A stretch of DNA of 32,000 nucleotides, from NCBI GenBank assembly GCA_031422435.1, contig JANPLU010000048.1:1-32000 (forward strand). The letters are read 5' to 3'. Each line of letters starts with the position of its first letter. The first letter of the stretch is position 1. This document shows, one piece after another, positions 19,550-27,990 of this stretch. Origin of the DNA: Acaryochloridaceae cyanobacterium VAR_48_metabat_390 (GTDB lineage Bacteria > Cyanobacteriota > Cyanobacteriia > Thermosynechococcales > Thermosynechococcaceae). A program made the position numbers and the translations under genes. The notes under the pieces are model-generated. The model was not told where the DNA came from and did no database searches. It worked only from the letters and a program-made list of their open reading frames with translations.

Positions 19550-22158
19550 CTGTTGCCGTTGAATCCCTTCTGACTCCTGAAATCCTCAAACCCGCCCGTT
19601 ATTTAGGGAACGAGCTTGGTGCAGCCCATAAGCCGTGGGAACTTGCCTCAGTACGGTGGTCTTTGACCTATCCAGAAATTTATGAGGTGGGTGCATCTAA
19701 CTTAGGGCACATCATTCTCTACAACATCATTAATGCCCAGCCGCGCCAACTGTGCGATCGCGCTTACCTCCCTGCCCCAGACCTTTCGGCTAAACTGCGC
19801 GAGACGCAAACGCCATTGTTTGCAGTGGAATCTAAGCGATCGCTCCTAGACTTTGACATCTTGGGCTTTAGCCTCAGCTACGAACTAGGGGCGACCAACA
19901 TCTTAGAAATGCTCAGCCTTGCCCAAATCCCCCTGACCTGGCAAGAACGCGCCCAGGAACGTACCGATGGACGGCACTATCCCCTCATCTTTGCAGGTGG
20001 ACAAACCGCCACCTCCAACCCCGAACCCTATGCCGACTTCTTTGACTTTATTGCCCTTGGCGACGGCGAAGAACTGCTGCCCGAAATTGGCTTAGTTATT
20101 CAAGAAGGTAAAGCCGCAGGCTTAAGTCGCCGCGACCTGCTTTTGGACTTAGCCCAAGTCCCTGGCGTTTACGTCCCGCAGTTTTACGACATGGCAGTGG
20201 ACGGCTCCGTGCATCCCAACCATCCCGACGTGCCCAAACGCATTTTGCGACGGGTGGCGACACCCATTCCGGCCTACTCTATTGGCCTCGTGCCCTATAT
20301 CCAGACCGTACACGATCGCCTCGTGATCGAAATTCGGCGAGGCTGCACTAGGGGCTGTCGGTTCTGCCAGCCAGGGATGCTCACCCGCCCTGCGCGGGAT
20401 GTGGAGCCAGAGCAGGTGATTGAGGCCGTCGAAAAAGGGATGCGAGCCACGGGGTATAACGAGTTTTCGCTGTTGTCTTTAAGCTGCTCTGACTACCTTG
20501 CTCTGCCTGCGGTGGGCATGGAAATTAAAAACCGTCTCAAGGATGAAAATATTTCTCTTTCGCTGCCCAGCCAGCGGGTCGATCGCTTTGACGAAAACAT
20601 CGCCAACATCATTGGCGGCACCCGCAAAGGCGGACTCACCTTTGCCCCCGAAGCCGGAACCCAGCGGATGCGCGATATTGTCAACAAAGGGCTAACCAAC
20701 GAGGAGCTGTTACGCGGCATCAAGACCGCCCATGAGCAGGGTTGGGATAAGGTGAAGCTCTACTTTATGATTGGGCTTCCGGGCGAAACCGATGTGGATG
20801 TCATCGGCATTGCCGACACCATTCGCTGGCTGCGGCGCGAGTGCAGCACTGAAGGCCGACGACGGATGGACTTTAACGTCACCATTTCTAACTTCACCCC
20901 CAAACCCCATACGCCCTTTCAGTGGCACTCCGTTTCAACGAGCGAATTTAAGCGTAAGCAGGAGATTCTTCGCGCCGAATTCCGGTACGTCAAGGGCGTG
21001 AAGGTCAACTTTACCGACGTGCGAATTTCGGCAATGGAAGACTTTGTGGGACGGGGCGATCGCCGTCTTGCCCCCGTTGTCCGCCGCGCTTGGGAGCTGG
21101 GCGCAGGCATGGATTCCTGGTGGGAGAACCTAGACCAGGCTTTTGGAGCCTGGACCCAGGCCATTGATGAATCAGACCTGACCTGGAAATATCGCAAGGT
21201 CGAGAGCGGCGAGTGGAACGTGATGGATGAGGTGGAAACTCAGGACGATCCGTTTTCACCCAACGCTCGCCTAGATGACCCATTGCCCTGGGATCACATC
21301 GACACCGGAATTGACAAACAGTGGCTCAAAGACGATCTCCAGCGCGCCTTAGAAGCCGCCACAGTGCCAGACTGTTCCTTTGAGGGCTGCTCTCACTGCG
21401 GGGTGTGCAGCACAGATTTTGGTCACAACATTGTGATTGCGCCCCCAGCCATTCCGGCCTTTGCAGGAGAGTTTGTGCCCAATAAAACGCGGGTACAGCG
21501 GCTGCGGGTATGGTTTGGCAAGCACGGAGACATGGGCTTAGTTAGCCACCTTGACCTCATTCGGCTGTTTGACCGAGTCGTGCGCCGTGCCGAGATTCCC
21601 ATTGCCTTTACGGGTGGGTTCCATCCTGGCCCTCGCATTTCTCCTGCCAATGCGCTCTCTCTGGGCGCAACTGGCTCTGGTGAAATTGTCGATTTTGAAC
21701 TGACACGATCGCTAGAACCCGAAACGCTGCGCCAGCTTTTGTCAGCTCATCTGCCGGAAACCATTCCTATCTACCGCGTCATAGAAGTGCCCCTGGGCGA
21801 TCCGTCTGCAACCCAAGTGGTGTCTCAGGCAGAGTATCACCTCACCCTTAGGCTAGAAGACCCAGCCACTGAGGATTGGCAAGGTTGGGTGAGCGCCGTG
21901 CTGGCACAAACTGAAATTTGGTTTGAGCAGAAGGCCAAAAACGGCAAGATGAAGCAGATTAATTTGCGCGATCGCCTTCATGAGCTAACCCTTCTGCAAA
22001 CCACGCCAGAGGTGGTGCTGCACTACATCGGTATCTGTAGCAACGACGGAATGCTGCGCCCTGAACACCTTGCCTTTATGCTGGAATCGGTTTCTGGACA
22101 GTCTATTCAGCTCCAAAAGATTCACCGCGATCGCCTCATTTTGATCGACAGCCTCTAA
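19546..22158 (+). CDS. TIGR03960 family B12-binding radical SAM protein fused to TIGR03936/DUF2344 domain
   Basis: RRGCTRGCRFCQPGMLTRPARD radical SAM CxxxCxxC; EVGASNLGHIILYNIINAQPRQLCDRAYLPAPDL; C-terminal RLRVWFGKHGDMGLVSHLDLIRLFDRVVRRAEIPIAFTGGFHPGPRIS. GTG start. Confidence 0.93.
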   Translation: MPVAVESLLTPEILKPARYLGNELGAAHKPWELASVRWSLTYPEIYEVGASNLGHIILYNIINAQPRQLCDRAYLPAPDLSAKLRETQTPLFAVESKRSLLDFDILGFSLSYELGATNILEMLSLAQIPLTWQERAQERTDGRHYPLIFAGGQTATSNPEPYADFFDFIALGDGEELLPEIGLVIQEGKAAGLSRRDLLLDLAQVPGVYVPQFYDMAVDGSVHPNHPDVPKRILRRVATPIPAYSIGLVPYIQTVHDRLVIEIRRGCTRGCRFCQPGMLTRPARDVEPEQVIEAVEKGMRATGYNEFSLLSLSCSDYLALPAVGMEIKNRLKDENISLSLPSQRVDRFDENIANIIGGTRKGGLTFAPEAGTQRMRDIVNKGLTNEELLRGIKTAHEQGWDKVKLYFMIGLPGETDVDVIGIADTIRWLRRECSTEGRRRMDFNVTISNFTPKPHTPFQWHSVSTSEFKRKQEILRAEFRYVKGVKVNFTDVRISAMEDFVGRGDRRLAPVVRRAWELGAGMDSWWENLDQAFGAWTQAIDESDLTWKYRKVESGEWNVMDEVETQDDPFSPNARLDDPLPWDHIDTGIDKQWLKDDLQRALEAATVPDCSFEGCSHCGVCSTDFGHNIVIAPPAIPAFAGEFVPNKTRVQRLRVWFGKHGDMGLVSHLDLIRLFDRVVRRAEIPIAFTGGFHPGPRISPANALSLGATGSGEIVDFELTRSLEPETLRQLLSAHLPETIPIYRVIEVPLGDPSATQVVSQAEYHLTLRLEDPATEDWQGWVSAVLAQTEIWFEQKAKNGKMKQINLRDRLHELTLLQTTPEVVLHYIGICSNDGMLRPEHLAFMLESVSGQSIQLQKIHRDRLILIDSL

Positions 22159-22177
22159 ACCTCCATTGCGGTCACTT

Positions 22178-22212
22178 AACATAGCCCATAGATAAATTCT
22201 ATGGGCTATGTT
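22178..22212 (+). terminator. Strong hairpin downstream of radical SAM gene, possible terminator
   Basis: aacatagcccatag-ataaatt-ctatgggctatgtt: perfect 14-bp stem, 7-nt loop, 19 nt after the stop codon. No long T tract, so intrinsic termination is uncertain. Confidence 0.6.
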
Positions 22213-22229
22213 GTATAAAAGAATAGAAT

Positions 22230-22254
22230 CTCAGGCTAGCGTTAGAAGCCTGAG
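22230..22254 (+). repeat. Second inverted repeat / hairpin upstream of the LysR gene
   Basis: ctcaggct-agcgttaga-agcctgag, perfect 8-bp stem, 9-nt loop. Confidence 0.6.
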
Positions 22255-22407
22255 CCAGCAAAAGCGAGTCTTTATAAGTTATGCATTAAAGCCTCGATTT
22301 TGCTGAGATATAGAATTCACTTGCACAAGTGTCTATCTAAATAGGAATCATCTATATACAATGGAACTAAGCAGCGATCGCAATAATATCCAAGGAGAAA
22401 GAATACT

Positions 22408-23343
22408 GTGAAGCAGGCTACCCTACATCAGCTCCAGGTCTTTGAGGCGATCGCCAAACACAGCAGCTTTACCAAAGCCGCAGAAGAGCTATATCTGACG
22501 CAGCCCACGGTTTCTCAGCAAATGAAGCAGCTCACAAAGGCGATCGGGATGCCGCTATTTGAGCAGCTTGGCAAGCGCCTTTACCTTACAGAAGCAGGCG
22601 AAGAAGTGCTTAAAAGCAGCCGCGATATTTCTACGCGGTTCTCAGATTTAGAGATGACCCTTGCCAACCTGCGCGGCATGAAGCAGGGCAAGCTCCGCAT
22701 TTCGGCTATCACAACCGCTAAATACTTTGTCCCCAGGCTGCTGGGGCCTTTTCGACAGCTTTACCCTGGCATCACCATTGCGTTTCAAGTGACCAATCGG
22801 CAGCAGGTACTAGATCGCTTAGAGCAGAATCTAGACGACCTCTACTTTATTGGGCAGCCTTCCAAAAGTGCAGATATTTGCGTGCGCCCCGTTATGGAAA
22901 ATCCGCTGGTGGTAGTGGCACCTCAGAATCATCCGTTGGCAAAAGCGGAATCCATTTCGCTTCAGCGCATGGCACAAGAGCCATTTATTATGCGGGAATC
23001 TGGCTCTGGTACGCGAATGGCGGTAGAAGACTTTTTTGCAGAAAACCACGTTGAAATGAATGTGGTGATGGAAATTGGCAGCAATGAGGCCATTAAGCAG
23101 GCGATCGTGGGAGGGTTGGGGATTTCGGTGCTGTCGCGTCATTCTCTAGCGCTAGAAGGGATTCATGGACCGCTGACTATTTTGAACGTAGAAGGCTTTC
23201 CGCTCCAGCGCCATTGGTATGTGATCTATCCCGAAAGTAAGCAGCTCTCTATCGTCGCTAAGACGTTCCTAGATTTTCTTTTTACAGAGGGTCGCCAAAT
23301 TGCGAAACAGGCCGATATGGACTTTGTTGCGTCTGAGCATTAG
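22408..23343 (+). CDS. LysR family transcriptional regulator, CmpR/CcmR(NdhR)-like
   Basis: TLHQLQVFEAIAKHSSFTKAAEELYLTQPTVSQQMKQLTKAIGMPLFEQLGKRLYLTEAG...TTAKYFVPRLLGPF...GSGTRMAVEDFF...GSNEAIKQAIVGGLGISVLSRHSL, similar to cyanobacterial CmpR/CcmR; immediately upstream of ndhF3. Confidence 0.85.
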   Translation: MKQATLHQLQVFEAIAKHSSFTKAAEELYLTQPTVSQQMKQLTKAIGMPLFEQLGKRLYLTEAGEEVLKSSRDISTRFSDLEMTLANLRGMKQGKLRISAITTAKYFVPRLLGPFRQLYPGITIAFQVTNRQQVLDRLEQNLDDLYFIGQPSKSADICVRPVMENPLVVVAPQNHPLAKAESISLQRMAQEPFIMRESGSGTRMAVEDFFAENHVEMNVVMEIGSNEAIKQAIVGGLGISVLSRHSLALEGIHGPLTILNVEGFPLQRHWYVIYPESKQLSIVAKTFLDFLFTEGRQIAKQADMDFVASEH

Positions 23344-23558
23344 ATAGGCTTCTTCTGTTCTTGTCTTATTAAAAATTGATATAGTCTATGGCTTAAGAGA
23401 GCGAGCTTAGGGACTGAATGATCGCCCTCCTAGACTCATTTTCATTAAAGGACTGATATCTAAAAAGCGTTGTAAATTGATCCCTTCTTTCATAGCCTAT
23501 CTCTCCCACGATCAGGTACACATACTCTTTTTGAAGTCTTTCTAGACAAAATATAGGC

Positions 23559-23640
23559 TTTATCTATTGTTATCATACAAAATCTGGTCTTCAATCAATA
23601 GATAAAACACGATAGTCTTATCTCAATCCATAGATAAATG
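23559..23640 (+). promoter_or_regulatory. Cluster of TTATCTAT/ATAGATAA inverted motifs upstream of ndhF3
   Basis: TTTATCTATTG (23559-23569) and CAATAGATAAA (23596-23606) form a perfect 11-bp inverted repeat; TTATCT (23618-23623) / AGATAA (23632-23637) form a second. Confidence 0.5.
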
Positions 23641-23652
23641 GGTATAGATTTG

Positions 23653-25497
23653 ATGCCGCAGTTTTGGATTGAAACAATTTGGTTAGTCCCGTGCTATTCC
23701 CTGTTAGGGGCAGCGCTAACCATTCCCTGGTCGCCAGGAATTTTGTCCCGTACAGGGCCACGGCCTGCGGGCTACATCAACCTGTTAATGACTTTTTGCT
23801 CCTTTTTACATAGTGCGATCGCCCTCTCCAAAATCTGGGGGCAACCCGCACAGCAGGTGTATTTCCCGTGGCTTCAGGTTGCCCACTTAGATTTGACCCT
23901 ACCCCTTGAAATTTCTGCGCTCTCCATTAGCGCCATGGTGCTGGTGACGGGGCTGAACTTTATGGCGCAGCTTTACGCCGTCGGCTACATGGAAATGGAC
24001 TGGGGCTGGGCGAGATTTTTTGGCTTTCTGGCCTTTTTTGAAGCGGGGATGTGCGCCCTAGTGCTGTGCAACTCCATCTTCTTTAGCTTCATGATTCTGG
24101 AGATTTTGACCCTTGGTACCTATGTATTGGTGGGGCTATGGTTTAGCCAGTCCCTCGTGGTGACAGGCGCACGCGATGCGTTTTTGACCAAACGGGTGGG
24201 TGACTTACTGCTGCTCATGGGGGTGCTGGCACTCTGGCCTATTGCGGGCACCTGGAATTTCACAGAACTCGCGCAATGGGCACAGAGTAATCCGGCACTG
24301 CCGCCAGGGACTGCCACCTTACTAGGGCTGGCCTTAATTGCAGGCCCTATGGGGAAGTGCGCTCAGTTTCCGCTTCATCTGTGGCTTGACGAAGCCATGG
24401 AAGGGCCGTTGCCCAGCACCATTTTGCGGAACTCGGTTGTGGTCGCCACCGGAGCCTGGGTTCTCATTAAGCTAGAGCCTGTATTGGCGCTTTCCCCTGT
24501 GGTGATGACCACCATGATTGGGATTGGTGCCGTTAGCGCCGTGGGCGGGACTTTGATTGCGATCGCCCAGATCGACATCAAACGCGCCCTGTCCTACAGC
24601 GTGACGGCCTATATGGGCTTGGTGTTTATTGCGGTAGGTACCCAGCAAAACGAAGCGGCGCTGCTGCTGGTGCTAATTCATGCGATCGCCATGGCGCTCT
24701 TAGTCATGAGTACCGGAACTATCGTCTGGTCTAACATCACCCAAGACCTCACTCAAATGGGTGGACTTTGGTCGCGCCGCCCCATTTCGGGCATCTCTTA
24801 CATCGTGGGCACCTTTGCCCTGATTGGCCTGCCACCCCTCGGCGGGTTTTGGGCATTGCTCAAGCTGCTGGATGGCTTATGGGGCACTCATCCTTTACTG
24901 GTTGTCGTGGTGCTGCTGGTCAATAGCCTAACGGCCTTTAGCCTCACCCGCAAATTTGGCCTGATCTTTGGCGGCAAGCCCACACCCATGACCGTCCGTG
25001 CCCCAGAAGTGCTGTGGCCGATGATCATTCCCATGACCTTGGCAATGGGGGTAGCGCTCCATTTACCGCTGATTTTGCAGACGCTTGACCTGCTGCCCGA
25101 TTGGGCAGTTCTCAATAAAGATGCGGCATTAGTTTTAACCTGGTCTAGCATTTTGGGCTTAAGCCTGGGTGCGGTGGTCTACCTTAACCCATCCATTCAA
25201 AAGCCCATCCAGCTTCCGGTTCAGTCGGTTCAAAAGCTATTGGCGGCAGATTTCTATACCCCTCAGATTTATCGTTCCACCATTGTGCTTGGGGTTGCAG
25301 TGCTCTCTCGCATTACGGACTGGATTGACCGCTTTATTGTGGATGGCTTTATTAACGCCATTGGGCTGGCCTCAATTTTAAGTGGGGAGAGCCTCAAATT
25401 CAGCAATACGGGTCAGTCACAGTCTTACCTTTTAACTATTGTGGTGGGCATTTCGGTGATCGGTCTAATGCTGGCTTGGTCTATTCTTCCTGGCTAA
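23653..25497 (+). CDS. ndhF3: NAD(P)H-quinone oxidoreductase subunit NdhF3 (NDH-1MS CO2 uptake complex)
   Basis: ORF 23638..25497; likely start MPQFWIETIWLVPCYSLLGAALTIPWSPGI; LMILEILTLGTYVLVGLWFSQSLVVTGARDAFLTKRVGDLLLLMG; LHLWLDEAMEGPLPSTILRNS; co-located with ndhD3-cupA-cupS. Confidence 0.93.
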   Translation: MPQFWIETIWLVPCYSLLGAALTIPWSPGILSRTGPRPAGYINLLMTFCSFLHSAIALSKIWGQPAQQVYFPWLQVAHLDLTLPLEISALSISAMVLVTGLNFMAQLYAVGYMEMDWGWARFFGFLAFFEAGMCALVLCNSIFFSFMILEILTLGTYVLVGLWFSQSLVVTGARDAFLTKRVGDLLLLMGVLALWPIAGTWNFTELAQWAQSNPALPPGTATLLGLALIAGPMGKCAQFPLHLWLDEAMEGPLPSTILRNSVVVATGAWVLIKLEPVLALSPVVMTTMIGIGAVSAVGGTLIAIAQIDIKRALSYSVTAYMGLVFIAVGTQQNEAALLLVLIHAIAMALLVMSTGTIVWSNITQDLTQMGGLWSRRPISGISYIVGTFALIGLPPLGGFWALLKLLDGLWGTHPLLVVVVLLVNSLTAFSLTRKFGLIFGGKPTPMTVRAPEVLWPMIIPMTLAMGVALHLPLILQTLDLLPDWAVLNKDAALVLTWSSILGLSLGAVVYLNPSIQKPIQLPVQSVQKLLAADFYTPQIYRSTIVLGVAVLSRITDWIDRFIVDGFINAIGLASILSGESLKFSNTGQSQSYLLTIVVGISVIGLMLAWSILPG

Positions 25498-25537
25498 TTT
25501 TTTCGACTTGTTTTAGTAAAAGTGAGAGTTAAAACGA

Positions 25538-26251
25538 ATGAATAATGCTTCTTTAACATCTAAAGTTTCTCGTCGTCGTATGCTCCAATTTGGAGCAGGC
25601 GCGGTAGGTACGTCCGTCGCAGCCTCTACTTTAGGGCAAGTGTTTATGCCAACAGCTCCGGCGATCGCCCAAAGTAACATGACCCCCGATGAAGCGCTGC
25701 GTCAGCTCATGGAAGGCAACCAGCGCTTTGTTGCCCAAAAGCGAAAATCTCCTAACCAGGATGTGATTCGACTCAATGAAGTCGCAAAAGGTCAAAAGCC
25801 CTTTGCTGCCATTCTGGGGTGTGCCGACTCGCGGGTGCCTTCAGAAATTGTCTTTGACCAAGGTTTAGGCGATCTCTTTGTCTGTCGCATTGCAGGCAAT
25901 ATTGCCACTCCTCAACAAATTGGAAGCTTGGAATTCGGTTCTGCTGTGCTGGGAACCAAAGTCATTATGATCATGGGGCACGAGCGCTGTGGTGCTGTGG
26001 ACGCAACGCTCAAAGGAACTCCGGTTCCGGGGCAAATTGGTAGTTTATTAGATGCCATCAGGCCGTCTCTACCCCAATCTAAAGGTCTCCCTGGCGATCC
26101 TTTAGAAAATGCCGCTAAAGCCAATATTATCTACCAGGTTGAGAAGCTTAAAAAATCACCCGTCTTGGCTGAACTCATTACCGCAGGCAAGCTCAAGATT
26201 GTTGGAGGCTACTATGACCTCGATAAAGGAACGGTTGCTTTAGTGGGTTGA
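25538..26251 (+). CDS. beta-class carbonic anhydrase with Tat-type signal peptide (EcaB-like)
   Basis: SRRRMLQFGAGAVGTSVAASTLG Tat motif, AIAQS cleavage-like site; AAILGCADSRVPSEIVFDQGLGDLFVCRIAGN and IMIMGHERCGAVDA zinc-binding motifs. Confidence 0.93.
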   Translation: MNNASLTSKVSRRRMLQFGAGAVGTSVAASTLGQVFMPTAPAIAQSNMTPDEALRQLMEGNQRFVAQKRKSPNQDVIRLNEVAKGQKPFAAILGCADSRVPSEIVFDQGLGDLFVCRIAGNIATPQQIGSLEFGSAVLGTKVIMIMGHERCGAVDATLKGTPVPGQIGSLLDAIRPSLPQSKGLPGDPLENAAKANIIYQVEKLKKSPVLAELITAGKLKIVGGYYDLDKGTVALVG

Positions 26252-26294
26252 TGTTGAGTTGAGTGATTTGTGCCGTTGAGGTCAAGGGGTTGCA

Positions 26295-27857
26295 ATGTTG
26301 TTGAGTCTTTTAATTTGGCTACCCGTTTTGGGTGCAGCACTAATTGGGTTTTGGCCGCAGAACCTCTCAGAACAGTGGGTCAAACGGCTTGCCCTGATGG
26401 TCAGCACCGTCTTAGTCGGTCAGACCGTTTGGGTGATTAGCCAGTTTGACCTGTCTCAATCTGGCTTCCAGATGCGTGAAATTTTAGATTGGATTGAGCC
26501 ACTGGGCTTAAGCTACCACCTTGGGGTGGATGGTCTATCTTTGCCGCTGGTAGTGCTAAACAGCCTCTTGACCTGGACTGCTATTTATAGCAGCCCTGCT
26601 AAAACCATTCGTCCACGTCTATATTATGTGCTGGTGCTGCTGGTCAATGCAGGGGTGACGGGCGCGTTTTTGGCACAGAACCTGCTGCTGTTCTTTCTAT
26701 TTTATGAAGTCGAGCTGATTCCGCTCTATCTTCTAATTGCTGTGTGGGGTGGCGCTCAGCGCGGGTACGCAGCAACTAAGTTTTTAATTTATACGGCAGT
26801 CTCTGGCATTTTAATTTTGGCTGGCTTTCTAGGGTTGACCTGGCTGGGTCATGCCTCAAGCTTTGACTACGAGGCGGTCCAAACTGTGGTTAGCACTCTG
26901 CCCCTGGTGCTGCAAGTTCTACTGCTGGGCGTTTTGATTTTAGGCTTCGGCATTAAAACCCCCTTGGTGCCTTTACACACCTGGCTACCCGATGCCTATG
27001 TTGAAGCCTCTCCCCCTATTGCGATTTTGTTGGGTGGGGTATTAGCAAAGCTCGGCACCTATGGACTGTTTCGGTTTGGCCTAGGGCTGCTGCCAGAAGC
27101 CTGGAAAAGTATTGCGCCTTTGCTGGCTATATGGGCTGTGGTAATTGTGATGTATGGGGCACTGGCGGCGATCGCCCAGCACGACATCAAGCGCATGGTC
27201 GCCTATAGCTCCATCGGACACATGGGCTATGTATTGCTGGGCGGTGCAGCGCTGACAGAACTGAGCATCGTAGGTGCGGTATCTCAAATGGTTGCCCACG
27301 GCTTTATCTTGGCGCTGCTGTTTTATCTGGTTGGCATTATTGAGGCGAAAGTCGGCACCCGCGAATTATCAGCGCTGAATGGATTGATGAGTCCGGTGCG
27401 CGGTTTGCCCTTGGTGAGTGCCCTATTGGTTTTGGGCGGAATGGCAAGCGCAGGGATTCCAGGACTGGTTGGATTTATTGCAGAGTTTTTGGTTTTTCAA
27501 GGCAGCTACGCCGTGTTCTCCTGGCAAACGCTGCTTTGCGTCGTCGGGACAGGCTTTACCGCAGTCTACTTCGTTATTTTGCTCAACCGCACCTGTTTTG
27601 GACGTTTAGATAGCGCCTTAGCCTACTACCCTAAGGTGCTTTGGTCAGAGCGATTTCCCGCCCTGCTTTTAGCCGCTGTGATCCTATTTTTGGGAGTACA
27701 GCCTTACTGGCTTGTCCACTGGAGCGAACCAACTACGGCGGCAATGGCTCAAGTAGCGGCTGCCTATAAACCTTCGCCGAACGCGATGAGTGTGAAGGCA
27801 GTGGCTCAATCGCTCACGGACTTAACAGGGCGCGATTCTCTTTTGACGAACCTCTAA
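26295..27857 (+). CDS. ndhD3: NAD(P)H-quinone oxidoreductase subunit NdhD3
   Basis: LGLSYHLGVDGLSLPLVVLNSLLTWTAIYSS, LLFFLFYEVELIPLYLLIAVWGG, TPLVPLHTWLPDAYVEASPPIAILLGGVLAKLGTYGLFRFG, VAYSSIGHMGYVLLG. Confidence 0.93.
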   Translation: MLLSLLIWLPVLGAALIGFWPQNLSEQWVKRLALMVSTVLVGQTVWVISQFDLSQSGFQMREILDWIEPLGLSYHLGVDGLSLPLVVLNSLLTWTAIYSSPAKTIRPRLYYVLVLLVNAGVTGAFLAQNLLLFFLFYEVELIPLYLLIAVWGGAQRGYAATKFLIYTAVSGILILAGFLGLTWLGHASSFDYEAVQTVVSTLPLVLQVLLLGVLILGFGIKTPLVPLHTWLPDAYVEASPPIAILLGGVLAKLGTYGLFRFGLGLLPEAWKSIAPLLAIWAVVIVMYGALAAIAQHDIKRMVAYSSIGHMGYVLLGGAALTELSIVGAVSQMVAHGFILALLFYLVGIIEAKVGTRELSALNGLMSPVRGLPLVSALLVLGGMASAGIPGLVGFIAEFLVFQGSYAVFSWQTLLCVVGTGFTAVYFVILLNRTCFGRLDSALAYYPKVLWSERFPALLLAAVILFLGVQPYWLVHWSEPTTAAMAQVAAAYKPSPNAMSVKAVAQSLTDLTGRDSLLTNL

Positions 27858-27888
27858 ATTAATGTTTTTGGTCAACATCTATAAAGAA

Positions 27889-27947
27889 GGGCGGGTTTTG
27901 CTGTTGTCGTTAGGCTAACGCAGGTTGATTTTGGGCTAAACCCGCCC
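27889..27947 (+). repeat. Composite inverted repeat in ndhD3-cupA spacer
   Basis: GGGCGGGTTT (27889-27898) ... AAACCCGCCC (27938-27947), perfect 10-bp arms enclosing CGTTAG-G-CTAACG (27908-27920). Confidence 0.75.
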
Positions 27948-27990
27948 CTACCGTCTCGACATTGAATGTATGACTTGGAGACATGCTGTT

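Noticed and set aside
20493-21650. Multiple 65-92 aa ORFs antisense or out of frame inside the radical SAM gene
   Set aside because: Fully contained in a strongly supported 870-aa CDS; arise from high-GC codon bias and show no family features.
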